A DNA stretch of 32,000 bases from Desulfotalea psychrophila LSv54. Its GTDB lineage: Bacteria > Desulfobacterota > Desulfobulbia > Desulfobulbales > Desulfocapsaceae. The notes under the pieces are model-generated. The model had not been told where the DNA came from and did no database searches. It saw only the letters and a program-made list of their open reading frames with translations. Numbering within the stretch: position 1 is the stretch's first letter; every line of letters starts with the position of its first letter. Below, piece by piece: positions 19,904-26,997 of this stretch. The position numbers were made by a program, and so were the translations under genes. The stretch is from the NCBI RefSeq assembly GCF_000025945.1, contig NC_006138.1, positions 3,420,001-3,452,000 of the forward strand. Direction: 5' to 3'.

Positions 19904-21247
19904 CTACGCTCCTTTAATCACTACTTCATTACCTACTTCCATTACAGTACCTGCAATAGAGGCATGAATTTTTGCACCCAAGGCTCCCTTAGGCACTGCA
20001 CCAATCAACTGACCCACCTTGACAACATCACCTTTTTTGACCTGAGCCACAGATGGTGCACCGATATGCTGATGAAGCGGAATACGCACCTCAGCAGGAA
20101 TATAATCACCGGTGAAGGCAGGATGAAGATCCATAAAACGATCTATACCAATCTTCAAAGCCAAACGAGGCACTGGCACCTTACGATAAGGGCGCATGTC
20201 TGATTGGGCAGGAATCACTGCTCGAGAGCCCTCGTAAGGAATCCTTTCCTGACGCATTTTTGCTCTAATGGCAGCATTGATACGACGAGGAGAAAGGCCC
20301 ATGGGACAGCTAAACATTTCACAGACGCCACATTCACAACAGAGAAAAGCCTGTTCAAGGCCAGCACCATTCAATCCACCCGCAGCAAAGGCACGCATCA
20401 CCTTATGGGTTTGAAAATCCTGACCTATAAGATAGCGCGGACAAAGATCGGTACAGAGGCGACACTGAATACAGGTACTGGCAGCCTGACGTTCCATGGT
20501 ATGGATATCACGACTGGCCATCACATGCAGATAATGACCTCGGGGCAGAACAATGAGTCCACCGGTGGTCTTAGTCACCATCTTAGTGGCAAAGTCCTCT
20601 TCGGAATCCACCATGCGACCCATCATAGGGCCACCAAGAATGTATATAGGATCGGCGACAGTTGAGCCACCACAATGAGCAAGACACTCGCTCATCTTAG
20701 TTCCCAAAGGCACACGAATAACAGCAGGAGAGCCAACATCACCGGTTACGGTAACAATCTTATGAGTTAAGGGTGTTCCCTTAATGGCTGCAGCTACCTC
20801 AGCCAAAGTGCCCACATTGGCAACAACTGCACCAACATCTTTAGGTAGACCAAGAGGCGGAATGGTCTTTCCAGTTACCTCGTAAACCAAAGCCTGCTCA
20901 TCACCTGCTGGATAAAAGTTATCCAATTGGGCAAGCTCCAGGCCTGTTCCTTCTATACAGTCCGCAAATATTTTTGCTATCTCGGTATACTTACTCTTTA
21001 TACCGATAACACCGCGGGTAGCTCCCGTAACGGAGACGATGGCCTGCATCGCAACAACAATATCCGCTGCACGGGTACGCATAATATGTTGATCAGTATG
21101 CAACAGTGGCTCACACTCACAACCGTTGGCTATAACTGTATCCACCTGCGTGTCATATTTAACATGGGCGGGAAAACCTGCTCCGCCCTCGCCCACAATA
21201 CCGGCATCCAGTATCGAGCGAAGAAGACTATCTTTATTCATGATCAT
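19904..21247 (-). CDS. PduS/RnfC-like Fe-S flavoprotein, copy 2
   Basis: GEGGAGFPAHVKYDT, CIQCRLCTDLCPRYLIG, CCECGVCEMFSCPMGLSPRR. Confidence 0.9.
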   Translation of the reverse strand: MIMNKDSLLRSILDAGIVGEGGAGFPAHVKYDTQVDTVIANGCECEPLLHTDQHIMRTRAADIVVAMQAIVSVTGATRGVIGIKSKYTEIAKIFADCIEGTGLELAQLDNFYPAGDEQALVYEVTGKTIPPLGLPKDVGAVVANVGTLAEVAAAIKGTPLTHKIVTVTGDVGSPAVIRVPLGTKMSECLAHCGGSTVADPIYILGGPMMGRMVDSEEDFATKMVTKTTGGLIVLPRGHYLHVMASRDIHTMERQAASTCIQCRLCTDLCPRYLIGQDFQTHKVMRAFAAGGLNGAGLEQAFLCCECGVCEMFSCPMGLSPRRINAAIRAKMRQERIPYEGSRAVIPAQSDMRPYRKVPVPRLALKIGIDRFMDLHPAFTGDYIPAEVRIPLHQHIGAPSVAQVKKGDVVKVGQLIGAVPKGALGAKIHASIAGTVMEVGNEVVIKGA

Positions 21248-21286
21248 CTCTTTGGGGTCGCTAGAGAGCTACAAAAAAAACGGCTA

Positions 21287-21565
21287 CTATTTGTCACGTT
21301 TGAAGGGAAATACTTCTTCCAGGTCACCATGTGGACGTGGAATAACGTGTACAGCTACCACCTCGCCAATACGTGCGGCTGCTGCTGCACCTGCATCGGT
21401 TGCTGCTTTACATGCTGCAACATCACCACGAACAATCGCAGTTACCAAACCAGCACCAATTTGTTTGTAACCTACAAGTTGTACACGAGCAGCCTTTACC
21501 ATTGCATCTGAAGCTTCAATAAGTGCGATCAAGCCCTTAGTTTCAATCATTCCTAATGAATCCAT
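21287..21565 (-). CDS. BMC-H shell protein, copy 2
   Basis: [39 protein letters not shown]; one visible amino-acid difference (T13I) from 13359-13637. Confidence 0.93.
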   Translation of the reverse strand: MDSLGMIETKGLIALIEASDAMVKAARVQLVGYKQIGAGLVTAIVRGDVAACKAATDAGAAAAARIGEVVAVHVIPRPHGDLEEVFPFKRDK

Positions 21566-21622
21566 TGTATTTCTCCAAGTTTCGTATAACGAAAAAGTTT
21601 TACTCTATTTTGCTACCATCCA

Positions 21623-21720
21623 TTTATAGGCACTGACCTACAACGGCAATTTTCTATACCATCCGCATCCTGGAGCCGCTCAAGGGGAGGAGACACCCTA
21701 GAGCACAAAAGAGGCTCAAT
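21623..21720 (-). pseudogene. decayed 3' remnant of a second phosphate acetyltransferase gene
   Basis: tttataggcactgacctacaacggcaa (21623-21649) is identical to the last 27 nt region of intact pta (13696-13722). Upstream on the - strand, degraded similarity (EPLL...PLERLQDADG versus GPLLQGFAAGWHDLSRGCTADD) occurs with indels. It sits exactly where pta is in copy 1. Confidence 0.7.
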
Positions 21721-21759
21721 ACAGGCACGGATCGTCTACTATAACAACATTCGCTTTGA

Positions 21760-22440
21760 TTACTCTGCAGGCTTATTAACGCAGGCTATACGCACAGAGG
21801 TAGGAGTACTGCAAATCACTTCGACAGCCTTAGGGAAATAAACCATATCACCTGCCTCGGCCACCATTTTTTTACCGTCAACCTCAAGATGAAGGGTACC
21901 TGCTACCACCACCGCCACCTCAGGTGATTTTAGCGTACGGGTAAAAGATCCCTTTTCCCATTGCATATGACCGCCAACAAGAGAGGTACCTGCAGTCAAC
22001 TCTTTAACAGCCAAAGAAGCACCATCATTTTCTCTGACAAGACGATCTTCCTCAATGAGAGAGACACCAGCACAAGAGGCAACCACGCCTTCCACTGGAG
22101 ATTGAACAACAACTGGTTCGGCAAGCTTGGCCGTAACAACACGACGAACAAGAGACTCTAAGGCATCTGCTGCCGGGGCTCCCGCCACAGATTCCTGAAT
22201 AATGCCACACACCTCAGCAATAAGGGTGTCCGTTGCGGAAGATCCACGCACAGGGACATAAGAACAGTTCTCCTGAGCTACAAGTCCTGGAGCCTCAAAA
22301 AGTATTTCAACCCCCTGTGCCTGCGCCATTTCAACTGCCTGCTGAGTGACAATGCATTCCTGGGGCGGACATAGGATTGATTTATGACAACCTTGGAGAA
22401 CCTTTTCAATATCGGCCTCGCTTATAATCCGCTTTCCCAT
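21760..22440 (-). CDS. EutQ-like cupin protein, copy 2 (shorter linker)
   Basis: MGKRIISEADIEKVLQGCHKSILCPPQECIVTQQAVEMA...GHMQWEKGSFTRTLKSPEVAVVVAGTLHLEVDGKKMVAEAGDMVYFPKAVEVICSTPTSVRIACVN. Confidence 0.78.
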   Translation of the reverse strand: MGKRIISEADIEKVLQGCHKSILCPPQECIVTQQAVEMAQAQGVEILFEAPGLVAQENCSYVPVRGSSATDTLIAEVCGIIQESVAGAPAADALESLVRRVVTAKLAEPVVVQSPVEGVVASCAGVSLIEEDRLVRENDGASLAVKELTAGTSLVGGHMQWEKGSFTRTLKSPEVAVVVAGTLHLEVDGKKMVAEAGDMVYFPKAVEVICSTPTSVRIACVNKPAE

Positions 22441-22616
22441 GCAATCTCCCTTAATATATACAAAACACCTGCTCCCCTCTCTAGGAAAGAGAACAAAAAA
22501 CCATCTTATTTTCCATCTATCGCACTAAGTCTCTATTTTTTCAAACATATGCCAAGAAAAAAGATCCTGTCCTGGCCAGTCTCCCATATAGAGAAGAAAA
22601 AGATTCCCTTTTTTCT

Positions 22617-22632
22617 AGCAATTATCGTGCTA
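22617..22632 (-). promoter_or_regulatory. candidate degenerate sigma54 promoter of shell operon copy 2
   Basis: The - strand reads TAGCAC-GATAA-TTGCT, followed by AGAA as in copy 1; one mismatch in the -24 GG. Confidence 0.4.
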
Positions 22633-22784
22633 GAAGCCACTTTTTTCCCCTTTTTATAAAAATTCAAAAAGCAAGAGCCTATTTTAAAAGGATTTAGAAA
22701 CAAAAAGACGGACTCGACAACAAGGAAAAAGCAGATTCCAGCAAAAGAATGTTTTAACAGATTACAAGGACAAAAAAAGACATT

Positions 22785-22802
22785 TGTTGCATTTCTGCAC
22801 AA
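22785..22802. promoter_or_regulatory. candidate activator-binding dyad (site D)
   Basis: TGTTGCatttctGCACAA, 153 bp upstream of the copy 2 promoter candidate. Confidence 0.5.
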
Positions 22803-22889
22803 GAGCCAGACATTCACAAGGCCCCTTTTTTTCTAGCAAAGATACTCTCTCCACCAATTAACAATCCTTACACATATAGAGAAACCAAC

Positions 22890-22907
22890 CGTTGCTTTTT
22901 TGCACAA
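22890..22907. promoter_or_regulatory. candidate activator-binding dyad (site E)
   Basis: CGTTGCttttttGCACAA. Confidence 0.5.
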
Positions 22908-23175
22908 AGCAGAGTAAGCATAGTAACCTACTGTTTACTCACTGTTTAAGCAAGGAGGCAAATTTTACCGAGGCATTTTTGCACCAAAACAGCAAGAGCC
23001 AAGCGACAGAGGTCACAATAAAAATAAAATTTTAAAATCTTCCAAGCCCCTTAACAGAAAAAACCACCTATATATATTAAATACCCCAAATCCTCCTCCT
23101 AAAAAGTCGGCCATAAGCATCCGCTGCACCCTCTTTTTCTTGTTTTTTTGGGGAAAATCTTTTTTTTTAACAATT

Positions 23176-23191
23176 TGGCACTGTCTTTGCT
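23176..23191 (+). promoter_or_regulatory. sigma54 (-24/-12) promoter of the amidohydrolase gene
   Basis: TGGCAC-TGTCT-TTGCT on the + strand, an exact consensus match, 131 nt before the ATG. Confidence 0.78.
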
Positions 23192-23264
23192 GAGAATATT
23201 CAGCAAGTTTTAAGGTTATTTTTTCTTCCACTTGTCTGTAGAGATGAATTTTAACTGATATTTC

Positions 23265-23286
23265 GGCGTAAAACATTATTTACGCC
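23265..23286. promoter_or_regulatory. perfect 8-bp inverted repeat in the amidohydrolase 5' leader
   Basis: GGCGTAAA-acatta-TTTACGCC, 36 nt upstream of the ATG. Confidence 0.45.
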
Positions 23287-23321
23287 TTCATTATACATGA
23301 TAAACCATAAGAGGATTCGCA

Positions 23322-24281
23322 ATGAACGTGATTGACTTTCGGTTTCGCCCTAACACCCCTGAAATTTTGGATGGCATTCAACACAGCACCATGTTCAAGG
23401 GTTTGTGCAAGCATATTGATTTTTCCAAAATGAAACCGCAGACAGTTGCTGAGTGTGTTCAGGATCTTACTGCACATAATGTTGTACGTGCGGTTATCAC
23501 AGGTCGTGACTGCGAGACCACCTACAACGGATCTAAGCACAACAACCAAAGCATCATGAATTGGATTCAGCAGTTTCCTGAAAAATTCATCGGCTTCTTT
23601 GGAATGGATCCTCACAAGGGTATGAAAGGCATTGCCTCACTCGTTACCGCTGTAGAGACCTACGGCATGCGCGGTGCTGCCATCGATCCTTACCTTGCTC
23701 AGCTTTACCCAAATGACGCAAAATATTACCCAATCTACAGCAAGTGTTGCGAGCTTAACATCCCTATCGTTTTCACCACTGGTCCTGCTACTCTGGTACC
23801 AGGCGCTGTAATTGATCACGTTGCTCCACGTTATATTGACTTTGTTGCCCGTGACTTCCCAGATCTCAAGATTGTTATCAGCCACGGCGGATACCCTTGG
23901 GTTAACGAGGCAATCGTCGTTACCGAGCGTAATGCCAACGTATACCTTGATATCTCTGAGTTCGAGGCATCTCCAATGTCTGAGGCTTACGTTCAAGCAG
24001 CAAACAGCATGATTGCTGACAAGCTTCTCTACGCAAGTGCTCACCCATTCATTGATTTCCGTGATGCACTCGCAACCTACAACGGACTTCCAATTTCCGA
24101 CGAAGCTCGTCAGAAAATCATGCACGATAATGCTGCTAAGCTTCTCGGCATTGAGACCGTTGCACCTGTTGCTGCTCCTGTTGCTGCTCCTGCATACAAT
24201 GCAAGTAGCAACAACGCTACCAGCACCGCAGACTTAGTTCGAAGCATCGTAGCAGAGGTTGTTGCCCGTCAAAACGGTTAA
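23322..24281 (+). CDS. amidohydrolase family 2 (ACMSD/COG2159-like) with C-terminal encapsulation peptide-like tail
   Basis: MNVIDFRFRP, FFGMDPHKG, LKIVISHGGYPWVNEAI, NVYLDIS and LYASAHPF fit metal-dependent TIM-barrel hydrolases. The C-terminus APVAAPVAAPAYNASSNNATS-TADLVRSIVAEVVARQNG is a linker plus amphipathic helix resembling the EP of the aldehyde dehydrogenases here. Confidence 0.82.
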   Translation: MNVIDFRFRPNTPEILDGIQHSTMFKGLCKHIDFSKMKPQTVAECVQDLTAHNVVRAVITGRDCETTYNGSKHNNQSIMNWIQQFPEKFIGFFGMDPHKGMKGIASLVTAVETYGMRGAAIDPYLAQLYPNDAKYYPIYSKCCELNIPIVFTTGPATLVPGAVIDHVAPRYIDFVARDFPDLKIVISHGGYPWVNEAIVVTERNANVYLDISEFEASPMSEAYVQAANSMIADKLLYASAHPFIDFRDALATYNGLPISDEARQKIMHDNAAKLLGIETVAPVAAPVAAPAYNASSNNATSTADLVRSIVAEVVARQNG

Positions 24282-24324
24282 TTACCAGGATCCACCCAGA
24301 GGCCCAAACCTCTAACAGAAAGAC

Positions 24325-24369
24325 AAAAAAGGCGTGCGTTTCTCTCCTCAGAGAATCACGCCTTTTTTA
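24325..24369 (+). terminator. intrinsic terminator after the amidohydrolase gene
   Basis: aaaaaaGGCGTGcgtttctctcctcagagaatCACGCCttttttat. Confidence 0.7.
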
Positions 24370-24838
24370 TTGCTCTGCAAACTCCATGTACCAGCAAGGC
24401 CAGGACAAAAAATATATATCAATATTTTTTATCTCCTTTTAAACTTTTTTTGGAGTATTGCTATTTCAACTTGCTCCTTATAATTACAAAGAAAGATCTG
24501 TTTTTAAATTTTACCGGTTGGTTAGGAACTATTTTTTCCTGCCAAAATAGCCGCCGAAATAGTTTGACAGAAAGCAAAATTTCCATTCTATGTATCAGCA
24601 TATTACACAAGAATGTACTAATGGCTTTCTCTCACCTTAGAGAAGATGGAGTATGCCAAATATAGATTTAACAAAAATGAAGTATGCTAATTAATAATTT
24701 TGACCAAACGATTTTTTTTAGGAGGTTTGCCACAAACTATATCACGTAATCAGCTGCCGCCCCATCACCCAGTAGAAAGTCGCAGCTGCAAGAGCAAAGA
24801 GAGCACAAAAGATATTTATTGAAAAGAGAGGTAGAAAA

Positions 24839-25651
24839 ATGCAAGTCATCGCTTGTATTAAGCAGGTACCTGATACAACTCAGGTAAAAATTGACCCAGT
24901 GACCAATACCCTCGTTCGTGAAGGTATTCCCTTTATCGTCAATCCCTATGACACCCATGCTCTTGAGGCCGCACTGGATCTCAAAGATAAGTATGGGGTT
25001 AGCGTGACCGTGGTCACCATGGGCCCACCGAATTCGGCAAACGCCCTGAAGAAGGCCCTGGCCATGGGAGCTGATCGTGCCATTCTCTTGTCCGATCGCG
25101 CCTTTGGTGGTGCCGACACCCTGGCCACCAGTAAGGTTATCACAGCAGCTCTTGCCAAACTACAGGGAGAGGAAGAAATCGGCCTCATCTTCTGTGGTAA
25201 GCAGACCATTGACGGCGACACAGCTCAGGTAGGACCCGGCATTGCATCTCGAATGAAAATCCCTCAACTCACCTTGGTTGATAACGTAGAAGAGTTCACT
25301 CCTGCAAGCAAAAAAATCCGCGTGCGCAGAAAGCTTGAAGGACGCTACGAAAGAGTTGAATCAAAAATGCCTGCCCTGGTCACCGTTGTTCGCGAGATCA
25401 ACAGCCCACGCTACCCCACCGTTCCTACCCGCCTCAAGTCGTTTAATGCCCCAATTGAAACCTGGGATAACAGCGACCTTAAAATCGACCCTGAAACCAT
25501 CGGTCTCAAAGGCTCTGCCACCTGGGTAAGCAAGATTTTCAGCCCAGAGAGAGAGAAGGGAGAAATTGTAGGAGATGGAATCAATGCTCCACAAGAGGCA
25601 GCTGCACAGCTTATCGATAAACTTTTGAGCAAAGATGTGCTCTCGTTCTAG
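24839..25651 (+). CDS. etfB: electron transfer flavoprotein beta subunit
   Basis: MQVIACIKQVPDTTQVKIDP...NPYDTHALEAALDLKD...LAMGADRAILLSDRAFGGAD...GKQTIDGDTAQVGPGIA. Confidence 0.92.
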   Translation: MQVIACIKQVPDTTQVKIDPVTNTLVREGIPFIVNPYDTHALEAALDLKDKYGVSVTVVTMGPPNSANALKKALAMGADRAILLSDRAFGGADTLATSKVITAALAKLQGEEEIGLIFCGKQTIDGDTAQVGPGIASRMKIPQLTLVDNVEEFTPASKKIRVRRKLEGRYERVESKMPALVTVVREINSPRYPTVPTRLKSFNAPIETWDNSDLKIDPETIGLKGSATWVSKIFSPEREKGEIVGDGINAPQEAAAQLIDKLLSKDVLSF

Positions 25652-25662
25652 AGGAAAAAGTT

Positions 25663-26973
25663 ATGACAAAGAAAGTAAAGCGACCAAGAGGTAAAGCTCA
25701 ACTCCTTGAGGGAAAATGTATCAGCTGTGGTGGACGCTGCGAAAGCTCGTGTCCCGTTGCATGTATCACCATGAGCGATGCTGGCGAGCCACAAATTAAT
25801 ACAGCAAAGTGCATAGGCTGTAAAAAATGTGTCAAGGCCTGTCCCGGAGAAGCACTCGAGATATTCTTCACCCCTGAAGAACTTGCCATCCTGAAAGAAC
25901 TCGGAGCTGATACCACGGTAGTAGAACCCACTCCGGAAGAGAAGGCTATTGCCGAGCGTAACGCTCAGTATAAAAACGTATGGGTTCTTGTCGAGCAAAC
26001 CGAAGGCATAGTCGCCGAGGTCTCTTGGGAGCTTCTTGGCGAAGGACGAAAGCTTGCCAATAAACGCGGCTCTGAAGTTTGTGCCCTTATTATTGGTGCT
26101 GGCGTTCGTAATATCTGCGCTGACGCCTTTCACTATGGCGCCGATAAGTGCTACCTCATCGACAACCCTGTTTTTAAAGAGTACCGCACCGAGCCCTATT
26201 TCCGTGCCTGTTGCGACATGATTCATAAGCATAAGCCAGAAATCGTTCTCATGGGAGCCACCGGCCTTGGTCGCGATCTGGCCGGAGCGGTTGCCACAGA
26301 GCTACAAACCGGGCTTACCGCCGACTGTACCGAACTGGACATCGATCCAAAGGGTAATCTGATGCAGACCCGCCCAGCCTTTGGCGGCAACATCATGGCA
26401 ACCATTATGTGCGACAAGTTTCGTCCACAGATGTCCACTGTTCGCCCCAAGGTTATGCAACTTGCCCCGATATCAGAAAACCCCAAATCTGAAATCATCG
26501 AAGAGACGGTTGATATCCCTGCCACAAGCATCATGACCAAAGTTCTTGAGATTATTCGCGAGAAAAAAGGTAGCAGCGATATCGATATCTCCAGCACAGA
26601 ATTTATCGTAGCTGGTGGTCGTGGCATGATGAGCAAGGAAAATTTTTCCATCCTCAACGAACTCGCCGATGAACTTGGTGCTGTAGTTGCTGGATCACGA
26701 ATGGCTGTCGATGCGGGTTGGGTTTCCCACACCAGACAAGTTGGTCAAACGGGCAAAACAGTTCGACCTGTTGTTTATATCGCCGTCGGTATTTCAGGCG
26801 CTATTCAACACATGGTTGGTATGCAAGACTCTGATATGATCATTGCCGTCAACAAAGATAAGGATGCACCAATCTTTGAAGTAGCAAACTACGGTATCGT
26901 CGGCGACCTCTTTGAGGTGGTTCCGGCTATGACCAAAAAGATTCGCGAGGCCAAGGCCTCTGCACAACACTAA
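25663..26973 (+). CDS. etfA: electron transfer flavoprotein alpha subunit with N-terminal ferredoxin domain
   Basis: CISCGGRCESSCPVACITM...CIGCKKCVKACPGEALEI fused to an EtfA domain ending PVVYIAVGISGAIQHMVGMQDSDMIIAVNKDKDAPIFEVANYGIVGDLFEVVP. Confidence 0.92.
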   Translation: MTKKVKRPRGKAQLLEGKCISCGGRCESSCPVACITMSDAGEPQINTAKCIGCKKCVKACPGEALEIFFTPEELAILKELGADTTVVEPTPEEKAIAERNAQYKNVWVLVEQTEGIVAEVSWELLGEGRKLANKRGSEVCALIIGAGVRNICADAFHYGADKCYLIDNPVFKEYRTEPYFRACCDMIHKHKPEIVLMGATGLGRDLAGAVATELQTGLTADCTELDIDPKGNLMQTRPAFGGNIMATIMCDKFRPQMSTVRPKVMQLAPISENPKSEIIEETVDIPATSIMTKVLEIIREKKGSSDIDISSTEFIVAGGRGMMSKENFSILNELADELGAVVAGSRMAVDAGWVSHTRQVGQTGKTVRPVVYIAVGISGAIQHMVGMQDSDMIIAVNKDKDAPIFEVANYGIVGDLFEVVPAMTKKIREAKASAQH

Positions 26974-26997
26974 TCATTTTGGAAGGATTTACAGATT

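Noticed and set aside
18901-21511. + strand ORFs across shell operon 2 (18901-19683, 19329-19883, 20204-20665, 20927-21511)
   Set aside because: Mirror images of the same antisense shadows in copy 1; no independent coding evidence.
8924-22440. Mobile-element or composite-transposon explanation for the duplicated operon
   Set aside because: No transposase, integrase or terminal inverted repeats were seen at either boundary; plain tandem duplication is simpler.
22533-23276. Possible small - strand ORFs (22533-22817, 23013-23276) in the divergent intergenic region
   Set aside because: Phe/Lys-rich translation of A/T homopolymer runs, not conserved in the homologous region of copy 1.
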